64,000 nucleotides of DNA, from contig CAWABP010000027.1 in assembly GCA_963780315.1 (NCBI GenBank), positions 481 to 64,480 on the forward strand, read 5' to 3'. Position numbers and translations under genes: made by a program. This document shows positions 18,871 to 27,048 of the stretch, one piece after another (positions within the stretch are counted from its first letter, which is position 1; every line of letters starts with the position of its first letter). Under the pieces are notes generated by a model. It saw only the letters and a program-made list of their open reading frames with translations. It did no database searches and was not told the origin of the DNA. Origin of the DNA: Candidatus Acidiferrales bacterium. Its GTDB lineage: Bacteria; Acidobacteriota; Terriglobia; Acidiferrales; UBA7541.

Positions 18871-19568
18871 ACCTGAAGAGACTTCGTGAAGAAGTGCTGG
18901 AAGCCAACCTTGAATTGGTTCGACGAGGACTGGTGCTCTACACCTTTGGAAATGCCAGCGGGATTTCCCGTGAACAAGGCCTGGTGGTCATCAAGCCGAG
19001 CGGTGTCCCTTACGAAACGATGAAGCCGGAAGACCTCGTGGTTGTGGATCTGGAAGGCAAAACCGTGGAGGGAACCCTCCGCCCGTCGTCTGATTTGCCG
19101 ACGCACTTAGTGCTCTACAAGGCGTTTCCCACGATTGGTGGCGTGGCGCACACTCATTCCCGTTCGGCTACCTCATGGGCCCAGGCGAGACGAGAAATAC
19201 CCTGCTTCGGCACCACGCATGCCGACTATTTTCACGGCCCTGTTCCGGTGACGAAGCCCTTGAAACCTGCGGAAATTCGCAAGGATTATGAATTAAACAC
19301 AGGGCTGGCGATTGTACGGTGCATCGGGAAGCGCGACCCTTTGCATACCCCCGGTGTCCTGGTAGCGGGACACGCTCCCTTCTGCTGGGGCTCGACGCCC
19401 CAGGAGGCGGCGCACAATGCCGTGATCGTGGAAGAGATCGCGGCCATGGCTCTGCAGACAATAACCGCAAATCAGCAGGCCCGGCCCATCGAAAAAGCGC
19501 TCCACGAAAAGCATTTCTTCAGGAAACATGGAAGCACCGCCTATTACGGCCAGAAGTCTCCTGATTAA
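18867..19568 (+). CDS. araD: L-ribulose-5-phosphate 4-epimerase
   Basis: Class II aldolase/epimerase blocks: YTFGNASGISREQGLVVIKPSGVPYE, RPSSDLPTHLVLYKAFPTIGGVAHTHS. Confidence 0.9.
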   Translation: MNLKRLREEVLEANLELVRRGLVLYTFGNASGISREQGLVVIKPSGVPYETMKPEDLVVVDLEGKTVEGTLRPSSDLPTHLVLYKAFPTIGGVAHTHSRSATSWAQARREIPCFGTTHADYFHGPVPVTKPLKPAEIRKDYELNTGLAIVRCIGKRDPLHTPGVLVAGHAPFCWGSTPQEAAHNAVIVEEIAAMALQTITANQQARPIEKALHEKHFFRKHGSTAYYGQKSPD

Positions 19569-19737
19569 CGAGACTTCGTGGGTCTAGTTGGCGTAGATTT
19601 GTGAGCCCAGAAGGAGTCCCGCCGCAGGGCCCTTGCCTATCAGTCGTCGGTTTTTTTGAGAGAAAGGATTTTTCGCTTCTGAAAGCGGGGGCGAAGCCAG
19701 TAAGATGCAAATGGAGATAATTTCGGCTTGAATCAAC

Positions 19738-20913
19738 ATGTCAGCCCCTCGATCACACACCCCCGGTAACATTGCGCAAAAATTCCGGGCACTTTTCGGC
19801 AAGAATGCAGCTATCTACCGCGCTCCCGGTCGCGTCAACCTGATTGGCGAACATACCGACTACAACGACGGTTACGTGATGCCCGCGGCCATAGACCTGG
19901 CGTGCTGGGTTGGCGTTGCGCCACGTGAGGATCGTAAGCTGGTCATCTACGCGGAAAACTACGCGGAGCAAGTTGAGGTAAATCTTGATGCCATTGCTGA
20001 GTGGGTGAAGCGCGGTTCGGCAAGTTATCCCGTCGGCGTGGCATGGTCACTGGAGCAAGCCGGCCACCGGTTGCGGGGCTGCGATCTTTATATTGCAGGC
20101 GACGTACCCCTTGGATCCGGCCTCAGTTCGTCAGCTGCCATCGAAGTGGCGACTGCAATGGCTCTTCTGGACGCCTCTGGGATCCAGTTGGACCGGACAA
20201 AAATGGCGTTACTCTGCCAGAACGCGGAAAACGGATTTGTTGGGGCACACTGCGGCATCATGGACCAATTCATAAGTTGCCACGGCATAGCCGGTCATGC
20301 GCTGCTGCTGGACTGCCGTTCGCTGGAGGCGCGAGCCATTCCGCTTCCTGCCAGCGTAGACCTGGTTGTCTGCAACACAATGGTCAAACACGACTTGGCC
20401 GTGAACGAGTACAACAAACGGCGCGCCGAATGTGAAGAAGGTGTTCGCCTGCTGAAAAAGGTCTTGCCTGAGATCGCTGCGCTGCGGGATGTGAGTTCCG
20501 CGCAATTAAAACAGCATCAGGGACTGCTGCCAGCCAAAATCTATCAGCGTTGCCGACATGTGGTTACAGAAGATGAGCGGACCTTGCAAGCTGCCGCCGC
20601 GTTTGAGAAGGGCGATTTTCCTGTAATTGCCAAGCTGATGGCCGATTCCCATTGCAGCTTGCGCGACGATTATGAAGTGAGCTGCCGCGAGCTCGATCTG
20701 ATGGTCGAAATCGCCGGCTTGCAAAAAGGCGTACTAGGAGCGCGAATGACAGGCGGGGGATTCGGCGGCTGTACAATCAACCTGGTTGAAAACCGTGCCG
20801 TGGAAGCCTTCGTCGCGGCCGTTGCGCGAGAATATCAACTTCGCACAAGTTTGAAACCCGAGATTTACACACTTAAAGCAGCACAGGGGGCCGCGCGCGT
20901 AGCGCTGTCCTAA
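19738..20913 (+). CDS. galK: Galactokinase
   Basis: Galactokinase signature GRVNLIGEHTDYNDGYVMP and GHMP kinase motif PLGSGLSSSAA. Confidence 0.95.
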   Translation: MSAPRSHTPGNIAQKFRALFGKNAAIYRAPGRVNLIGEHTDYNDGYVMPAAIDLACWVGVAPREDRKLVIYAENYAEQVEVNLDAIAEWVKRGSASYPVGVAWSLEQAGHRLRGCDLYIAGDVPLGSGLSSSAAIEVATAMALLDASGIQLDRTKMALLCQNAENGFVGAHCGIMDQFISCHGIAGHALLLDCRSLEARAIPLPASVDLVVCNTMVKHDLAVNEYNKRRAECEEGVRLLKKVLPEIAALRDVSSAQLKQHQGLLPAKIYQRCRHVVTEDERTLQAAAAFEKGDFPVIAKLMADSHCSLRDDYEVSCRELDLMVEIAGLQKGVLGARMTGGGFGGCTINLVENRAVEAFVAAVAREYQLRTSLKPEIYTLKAAQGAARVALS

Positions 20914-20964
20914 AAGACACGCACCTGGTTTGTTATTGAAAACAAAGAGAAAATGTGGCGAAGT

Positions 20965-21342
20965 TCAGGCGGCTTGCACTTCCGCTTTCTTGCCGCCTTC
21001 CAGTTCCCTGATCGTTTCCAGCAACCATTCCCTCACCGCTTTCTCCAACTCCTCCTCGGTGCCCCACTCATAAAAGGAATTGACGGTTTCTCCTCGTGAA
21101 GTCAGCGGGATGTGGCGGCAGGGAAACTTGTTGATGCGGCAGCGCTCCGGCACAAAGTGGATCAGCGAGCACTCCGTGCAGGGGCGTTGCTGGGCACGTG
21201 CAATAAAGTTGATACAGGTTGGAGAATCTTCAAAAACGAAGTTGGGGCGGAAAGGGTAACGCGGACCTCTTCGATAACCGCCCGCTTCCAGGAAGGCGAG
21301 CTCGGCCCTGAGGACATGCAAGACATTCTGACGGTCCCGCAT
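20965..21342 (-). CDS. Cys-rich hypothetical protein (about 125 aa)
   Basis: ATG at 21342 is preceded by GGAGGA. Five Cys with spacing C-x14-C-x2-C-x11-C-x6-C (..SPTCINF..RPCTECSLIHFVPERCRINKFPCRHIPL..). I recognise no family. Confidence 0.55.
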   Translation of the reverse strand: MRDRQNVLHVLRAELAFLEAGGYRRGPRYPFRPNFVFEDSPTCINFIARAQQRPCTECSLIHFVPERCRINKFPCRHIPLTSRGETVNSFYEWGTEEELEKAVREWLLETIRELEGGKKAEVQAA

Positions 21343-21388
21343 CACAATCCTCCATCGTACAGATGGCACAGAAGAGAGGGCGGAGTCG

Positions 21389-21424
21389 GTGATGCTCGTC
21401 ACATTTTGGCGTGATATCTGTCAC
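21389..21424. promoter_or_regulatory. Two tandem CRP/FNR-type palindromes (GTGA-N6-TCAC), centres 22 bp apart
   Basis: GGTGATGCTCGTCACA (21389-21402) and CGTGATATCTGTCACG (21411-21424), in the divergent region between the Cys-rich ORF and the crp/fnr gene. Confidence 0.45.
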
Positions 21425-21557
21425 GGGAGCCCCTGCTCCGCCACGGTATAACGTCACAGAGGCGAGTGATTTCATGCTTACGGGTTGGCGGCGCAATCCT
21501 AACCGCTTTCAGTTTGTAACCAACGTGGATGGGGGTATACTCCAAGACGGCAGCAAT

Positions 21558-22274
21558 ATGCGCACGCCCTACGGTTTGGAAATCATCGAAAACTGTCTCT
21601 CTTGTCCTCACCGCGAGGAGCGGCTGTTCTGTAACCTGCCGGAGCAGACGGTAAAAGCTTTATCTGCAATTACTTCTTCCGCTTCCTATCCCAAGGGGGC
21701 AACGCTGTTTGTCGAGGGCCAGCCTGCCAGAGGCGTATTTATTCTTTGCAGCGGGCGCGTCAAACTGTCGACTTCGTCCGCGGACGGAAAAACGTTAATC
21801 CTGAGGATCTCGGAACCCGGGGAAGTTCTGGGACTACCGGCAACCGTCACGGGGACATGTTACGAGCTCACAGCGGATGTGGTAGAACCGGCACAGGCGA
21901 ATTTCATTGCGCGGAATGATTTCTTGGGTTTTCTGAAAGACAACGGCGAGGCAGCCCTGCGTGTTGCACAGCAGTTGGGCGAAACCTATCATGCGGCCGT
22001 CTCCGAGATGCGCACCATCGGCCTTTCCCATTCTGCGGGAGAAAAGTTGGCGCGATTCCTGCTGGAATGGGCCGCGAATTTTCCAGAAGAAAAAGGCCAG
22101 ATCCGCCTGAAGCTGACACTGACGCACGAAGAGATCGCGCAGATGATTGGCTCTTCGCGCGAGACAGTTACCCGCTTGCTCGCGGATTTTCGCAGGCGAC
22201 AGCTCCTGCAAGTGATGGGGTCGACCCTGATCATCAAGAACAAAGCAGCCCTGGAAAGCATCGTCACCGGATAA
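21558..22274 (+). CDS. Crp/Fnr-family transcriptional regulator
   Basis: cNMP-binding-like fold (ATLFVEGQPARGVFILCSGRVKLSTSS) and a C-terminal HTH (LTHEEIAQMIGSSRETVTRLLADFRRRQLL). The internal ATG at 21558 gives a typical 238 aa. The N-terminus carries C-x2-C-x8-C. Confidence 0.85.
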   Translation: MRTPYGLEIIENCLSCPHREERLFCNLPEQTVKALSAITSSASYPKGATLFVEGQPARGVFILCSGRVKLSTSSADGKTLILRISEPGEVLGLPATVTGTCYELTADVVEPAQANFIARNDFLGFLKDNGEAALRVAQQLGETYHAAVSEMRTIGLSHSAGEKLARFLLEWAANFPEEKGQIRLKLTLTHEEIAQMIGSSRETVTRLLADFRRRQLLQVMGSTLIIKNKAALESIVTG

Positions 22275-22354
22275 TCGAAGAACGTCCTGAGTGCGTCACC
22301 CTTACATCGAATCAAGCGTAACGTGATTTAACGGTCCATGGCCACCGACATGTC

Positions 22355-22909
22355 CTACCGTCTGTTGTCCGCAAGTGCCTTCTCTATCGCCGCAGTGATC
22401 TGCGGTGAATCCGGTTCCACCGGGGAGTCGAACCGAGCGATCACTTTTCCGTCAGGACCCACGAGAAATTTCGTGAAGTTCCAGCCGATCTCGCCACCGG
22501 TGTCAGGATGCGCTGCTTTGTCGGTAAGAAACTGATAGAGCGGCGTGATGTCGCTGCCTTTTACGGAAACTTTGGCCATCATTGGAAAAGTCACGTGGTA
22601 TTTCGCGGTGCAGAAAGTCTTGATTTCCTGATTCGAGCCGGGTTCCTGGGCTCCAAAATTATTTGCCGGGATTCCCACAATCACGAAGCCGCGGCCCTTA
22701 TATTTTTCGTAGATGGATTCCAGAGCGGTGTACTGCGGCGTATAACCGCAGCGGCTGGCCACATTCACAAGCAGCACAACCTTCCCCTTGAAAGTGGAGA
22801 GGGGAGTAGTCTGGCCATCAATCGAATTCAAGGTGAAATCGTAGATTGTTTTTTCGGTTGCCATAAGAATCGTCCCCATCAGAGCGAGCAGCACAAAGAG
22901 TTTTTTCAT
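22355..22909 (-). CDS. Glutathione peroxidase (Cys-type), with a signal peptide
   Basis: LLVNVASRCGYTPQY and VGIPANNFGAQEPG motifs. MKKLFVLLALMGTILMA leader from the internal ATG at 22909. Confidence 0.9.
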   Translation of the reverse strand: MKKLFVLLALMGTILMATEKTIYDFTLNSIDGQTTPLSTFKGKVVLLVNVASRCGYTPQYTALESIYEKYKGRGFVIVGIPANNFGAQEPGSNQEIKTFCTAKYHVTFPMMAKVSVKGSDITPLYQFLTDKAAHPDTGGEIGWNFTKFLVGPDGKVIARFDSPVEPDSPQITAAIEKALADNRR

Positions 22910-23089
22910 TGGTTTCTCCTGAAAACTTGATTTCATTCTCAGCGATCATTGGAAGGCCGAGAGGCCGAGAGAGGTCCTTCCAGGTAGATAACTATACGCG
23001 AGCCGCGGTTTGCCGGGGAGTAGAGGGTTGTTTCCTGGATGTAAAATCCACGGCAATTTCGCGGCTTGGGAACTGACGAGCGGAGCAAT

Positions 23090-25039
23090 TCAGTGCAACT
23101 CAAATATGGACAAGCTCTGGGCGGGGAGCTGCAAGTGAAGTTCCCGTCCTGCAAGCTCAGCCTGGCCATCACCCAACAGTAACGAAATATCCGATGTGTC
23201 CTGTGCGCGCGTATCCCGAAGGGAAATCTTCAGTTCGCGGCTCCCTGGCCCATTGTGGAATGCCACGACGATTCTGTCACCCTCTGCCTCGCGCAGGAAA
23301 ACATAGGACGAACCGTCGGACTCCAAATGCCAGAGCGCCCCGCCGCGCAGAGCCGCATGCTCTCGCCGCAGCCGGAGAAGGCTTTGCACATAACGCCAAA
23401 GGTCTTCTTGTTCGCGCGTACGTCCCTCACGCAGGAAGGCGTTTTGGGAGTCGCCAATCCACCCGCCAGGAAAGTCGCGGCGATTGTCTGGATCTCCGCC
23501 TCCGAGCATGCCGATTTCATCTCCATAGTAGAGCTCCGGAATGCCACGCATGGTGAGCGTCAATCCAAAGGCCAACCGCAGCTTCGCGGGAGTGGCGCCG
23601 CTTTCTCCTGCCGGTCGGGGCAGATCGTGGTTCGCGAAGAATGGCACGAGAAATTCCGGATGAGGATAGAGCGAATCCTGACGCAGAACATTGGCGAGGC
23701 GTCCTGCAGGTGCGCCGTGGAAAAGCACATCGCGGAGAGTAAAACACATGGGGAAATCGAACACGGTCGTCAATTCCGTATCGATGCCATCCCAACCCTG
23801 GCGCCCTCCCGCGAAGAAGGAGGTGACGGCGGGATCGCGGTGAAAGACCTCACCAATGGTCGAAAGTCGCGGGTAAACGCGCCGAAGGCCCTGATGCCAT
23901 TCGGCCCAGAATCTGCGAGAAACGTAAGGAACGGTATCAACGCGATAGCCATCCAACCCGGAACTCTCTGCCCACCAGATGCTGTTTTGCAAAAGGTACT
24001 GCACAACGAGGGGATTTTCCGTGTTCATGTCGGGCAAGACCCCTGCGAACCAGCCTTCTGTCAGGTTCTTGTGAAACTCGGGCGGCGTATGGGGGTCTTC
24101 CAGCGACTCAAGCAAATCCGTGGGAGGCTCCTTTTTCCCGCTCACACCGTAAAAGCTTTCATCGATTGGCGAAAGTGAACGCAGATGCTCTTCCGGCGTT
24201 CCATGGAACCAATCCAGCGTGGGCGGATCTTTCACCCAGGGATGCAAGGGGCCCACATGGTTGGGCACGACATCGAAAAAAACCTTCATATGCTCCTTGT
24301 GCGCGGTGTGTACGAGCTCCTGATAGTCCTGGAGCGTGCCGAAATGCGGGTCGACACTGTACAGATCCACGGCGCCATAGCCGTGATAACTTTGAGCCGC
24401 TCCATTCTTCACGATGGGTGTCAGCCACAACGCCGTAACGCCAAGATCCTTCAGGTACCCCAGGTGATCGCGAATTCCCCGCAGATCACCTCCGTGAAAC
24501 GCACGCGCTTTTGAACGGTCGTGAGAACCCGGAAACTCCGCCGGCTCGTCATTGGTTGGATCGCCGTTGGCAAAGCGGTCCGGCATGATCAAGTAGAAGA
24601 CGTCGTCGAGGGAAAGACCCTGGTTCCGGCCGAGAATTTGCTTTCGCGCGGCAATGGGCAATTCGAATGTAGTTTCCCCCTTGGGAGTAAGCAGGCGACA
24701 CACCGCCGTCCCGTACTTCAGTGCCGCGCCGAACTTGAGCCACACAAACAGGTAATCGCCATTTGCGCCCGATTGTGTGCGGTTGACGATGACTTCAGGC
24801 ATGTTGCAGCGGGCGTGCGTTGCTTCCAGGTGCTTGCCCGAAAGTAACAGCATCACATCGGGCGTCAGTCCGACCCACCAGTTTGGCGGTTCCACTTTGT
24901 TCACTGATGGCGCGTCGGGATTGATGGCCTCCTGCGCGGAAACAGGAAGCCCAATCAATACCGAGATAAATAAGAGAATTACCCAGACCCTTATGCGTTG
25001 AGAGAATTGACGGCACAAACACAGGAGTTTTATTCGCAT
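23090..25039 (-). CDS. GH13 alpha-amylase-family enzyme (cyclomaltodextrinase/neopullulanase-like), secreted
   Basis: GH13 conserved regions: FFDVVPNHVG (I), LDGYRVDTVPY (II), IGEVF (III), FFANHDLPR (IV). Hydrophobic leader. Confidence 0.85.
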   Translation of the reverse strand: MRIKLLCLCRQFSQRIRVWVILLFISVLIGLPVSAQEAINPDAPSVNKVEPPNWWVGLTPDVMLLLSGKHLEATHARCNMPEVIVNRTQSGANGDYLFVWLKFGAALKYGTAVCRLLTPKGETTFELPIAARKQILGRNQGLSLDDVFYLIMPDRFANGDPTNDEPAEFPGSHDRSKARAFHGGDLRGIRDHLGYLKDLGVTALWLTPIVKNGAAQSYHGYGAVDLYSVDPHFGTLQDYQELVHTAHKEHMKVFFDVVPNHVGPLHPWVKDPPTLDWFHGTPEEHLRSLSPIDESFYGVSGKKEPPTDLLESLEDPHTPPEFHKNLTEGWFAGVLPDMNTENPLVVQYLLQNSIWWAESSGLDGYRVDTVPYVSRRFWAEWHQGLRRVYPRLSTIGEVFHRDPAVTSFFAGGRQGWDGIDTELTTVFDFPMCFTLRDVLFHGAPAGRLANVLRQDSLYPHPEFLVPFFANHDLPRPAGESGATPAKLRLAFGLTLTMRGIPELYYGDEIGMLGGGDPDNRRDFPGGWIGDSQNAFLREGRTREQEDLWRYVQSLLRLRREHAALRGGALWHLESDGSSYVFLREAEGDRIVVAFHNGPGSRELKISLRDTRAQDTSDISLLLGDGQAELAGRELHLQLPAQSLSIFELH

Positions 25040-25095
25040 TGGAATCCCACGCGAGCTTATCAGAAATGCGGTACGCGATTAGAGGGGAAACTTTT

Positions 25096-25743
25096 CTATT
25101 CGCGAAACACTAGTTTGCCGAATGCATCTGGAACGTGAAAGTCTGGCTTTTGCGAATATGTTGGGCTCCAAGCTGAATAAAATCTCGGTTCGGCTTCGCC
25201 CTCAACACGAAAGAAATTAGCGCGCCAACTCTGATTTGAATCAAAGTGCGACGTCAAGCTCGCCATGGGAATTGCCAATTCGGCCGTCCATGTTTTCGCC
25301 TGAGCATCCTGCACAACGCGCCGTTTTAGCTTGCTGCGCAATTCCGTGTGACCACGATTGACGATGTCCAGATCGATCCACTGGCCATTCGGGCTAACTT
25401 CAAATTCCTTGTATTTCCACGGGTCGCGCGAATCGGGCTGCAGGAACGCTTCCGCGACATCGCGATTCCACAGTTCGTCGCGCCAGCCATCTTCCCGCGC
25501 GTCGGGGAAAACCGTAATGTTTCGATATCTTGCCTGGAACCGGAGGAATAGGATCTCGCTTGTCCAAAGCAATTGCACCTCGGTCGCTCTTGCCGGATCG
25601 GCGTTTTGGCCTTGCCAATCGTGATCAAATCGCACGCGAGAGCTTTTCTCCCAGGCACTCCTATCTGGGAAGCTGTCCAGACCCGGCTTATCCGTCAGTC
25701 GAAAGGCAAAAGCGGCGGGCAGTTCGTTGATATTTGTGAACAT
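25096..25743 (-). CDS. Carbohydrate-binding (CBM9/DOMON-like) domain protein
   Basis: Same strand and immediately upstream of the GH13 gene. The sequence (..FDHDWQGQ..TEVQLLWTSEILFLRF..EFEVSPNGQWIDLDI..) resembles CBM9-like modules; this assignment is from memory. Confidence 0.55.
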   Translation of the reverse strand: MFTNINELPAAFAFRLTDKPGLDSFPDRSAWEKSSRVRFDHDWQGQNADPARATEVQLLWTSEILFLRFQARYRNITVFPDAREDGWRDELWNRDVAEAFLQPDSRDPWKYKEFEVSPNGQWIDLDIVNRGHTELRSKLKRRVVQDAQAKTWTAELAIPMASLTSHFDSNQSWRANFFRVEGEAEPRFYSAWSPTYSQKPDFHVPDAFGKLVFRE

Positions 25744-25951
25744 AAGGGCACTCGTTCTTCACATAGTGTAATTCATTGCTGACACAGGGCTCATAGGCAA
25801 AAAAGGACATCGCCTCTAAGCATGCTCACTGGCCGGGATGCCAGCAGACTCATTGCGCACTCCATATTGCACAGGACCTACTCCCCGTTTCTCAGCGTGC
25901 TAGCATCAGATTTGGCCCCGCATTGGGGCGCCTCGGAAGGAGAAACCCATC

Positions 25952-26773
25952 GTGGAGCGCCGTCCTACCGTTGAAGTTCGCACAGAACCCAAACGCCGTG
26001 ACCCGCAAGAATTTCAGTGCATCCAGCTACGCCTCACTTCCGGGGTGGCCCGGATGACCCTTAATCGTCCGGAGCACAACCTTTTGAACGAAAGCATGCT
26101 TCGCGAACTGGTGGATGGCATCGCGTATGTAGCCGAAAAAGAAGAGGTCAAGCTCATCGTTCTCGATTCCGCGTGCAAGGTTTTCTGCGGGGGAATCGAT
26201 ATTGGGGAATACACTTCCGAGCGCGTCTTCCAGATGCTTGACGCCTTCCATTCTGTTTTTGCGGGAATCCTGGAAACGTCTAAGCCGGTATTGTGCGTGG
26301 TGAACGGTCCCGCCATCGGTGGCGGTGCGGAGCTGGCGGCATTTGGCGACTTGGTTATCGCTACGCCCAAGGCGCGGTTCGCCCAGCCAGAGATTACAAT
26401 TGGCGTATTTCCGCCATTGGCCTCCACGATTCTCCCGTTTCTCGTAGGCCCCAAGATTGCTCTCGAACTGGTGCTGCTCGGAGAACCCGTCACGGCAGAG
26501 CGAGCCCTTGAGCTGGGGCTGATCAACCGACTCGTGCCCGAATCACAACTCGATTCCACGGTGAACGACTTGATTACACGCATCACCAGCCACTCGGCCC
26601 CCGTTCTCACGATGGCCAAACGCGCGATCCTCAGCGGGATGGGACTCTCTCTCCGCGATGGCCTGAAACATTCCATGGACATCTTCCTGAACGAACTCTA
26701 CCGCCTGGAGGATTCCCAGGAAGGTCTGCGCGCCCTGGTGGAAAAACGCAAGCCCAACTGGAAAAACCGCTGA
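25952..26773 (+). CDS. Enoyl-CoA hydratase/isomerase (crotonase) family protein
   Basis: GTG start after GGAAGGAG. Crotonase blocks: VFCGGIDIGE and VNGPAIGGGAELAAFGDLVIA. Confidence 0.85.
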   Translation: MERRPTVEVRTEPKRRDPQEFQCIQLRLTSGVARMTLNRPEHNLLNESMLRELVDGIAYVAEKEEVKLIVLDSACKVFCGGIDIGEYTSERVFQMLDAFHSVFAGILETSKPVLCVVNGPAIGGGAELAAFGDLVIATPKARFAQPEITIGVFPPLASTILPFLVGPKIALELVLLGEPVTAERALELGLINRLVPESQLDSTVNDLITRITSHSAPVLTMAKRAILSGMGLSLRDGLKHSMDIFLNELYRLEDSQEGLRALVEKRKPNWKNR

Positions 26774-26803
26774 TATCCTCACGGGGGAAATTCCTCACTT
26801 CCA

Positions 26804-26832
26804 TTGACACTTTTGCTATCGCACTTTAGACT
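26804..26832 (+). promoter_or_regulatory. Candidate sigma70-type promoter (TTGACA-N17-TAGACT) driving the riboswitch and btuFCD
   Basis: Perfect -35 at 26804-26809, a 17-nt spacer, TAGACT at 26827-26832, just upstream of the riboswitch core. Confidence 0.45.
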
Positions 26833-26839
26833 GAATCTA

Positions 26840-26945
26840 CAACTTGCAGGCTCGGGAAGTGGGGAAGTGCCGTGAAAATCGGCCGCGGTCCCGCCACTGT
26901 AATCGGCAGCAATGCCGCTAGCCAGGCTACCCTCCCAAGCTGAAG
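26840..26945 (+). promoter_or_regulatory. Cobalamin (B12) riboswitch aptamer
   Basis: Core GGGAAGTGCCGTGAAAATCGGCCGCGGTCCCGCCACTGTAATCGG (conserved GGTCCCGCCACTGT at 26887-26900) and a B12-box-like AGCCAGGCTACC at 26920-26931. Lies upstream of a BtuF-type binding protein. Confidence 0.8.
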
Positions 26946-26984
26946 AGGTTGCGTGTTCTTCGCGAGAGAGAACGCCGGCGCTCG

Positions 26985-27010
26985 AGCCCCGATTCTCGTG
27001 GGGCTTTTTT
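26985..27010 (+). terminator. Intrinsic terminator forming the riboswitch expression platform
   Basis: AGCCCC-gattctcgt-GGGGCT hairpin followed by a T6 run (GGGGCTTTTTTGTTGTT), between the aptamer and the btuF start. Confidence 0.65.
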
Positions 27011-27048
27011 GTTGTTCGCTCTCGCGAAACTCTCGTCAGGGGAGATTC

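Noticed and set aside
19641-19660. T7 run after araD as a possible intrinsic terminator
   Set aside because: I could not draw a convincing stem immediately upstream of the T-run, so I did not call it, although araD and galK may well be separate transcripts.
21411-21557. Upstream extension of the crp/fnr ORF
   Set aside because: It would give a 287-aa protein with a non-homologous N-terminus and would place the tandem CRP-type palindromes inside coding sequence. The ATG at 21558 gives a typical 238-aa regulator.
22939-23172. 77-aa minus-strand ORF between the GPx and GH13 genes
   Set aside because: It overlaps the 3' end of the GH13 gene in another frame and has no RBS or motif. It is likely spurious.
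26953-27048. N-terminal 32-codon extension of the btuF-like ORF
   Set aside because: It would be translated through the riboswitch terminator hairpin and T-run. A GTG at 27049 has a proper RBS and is followed by a signal peptide.
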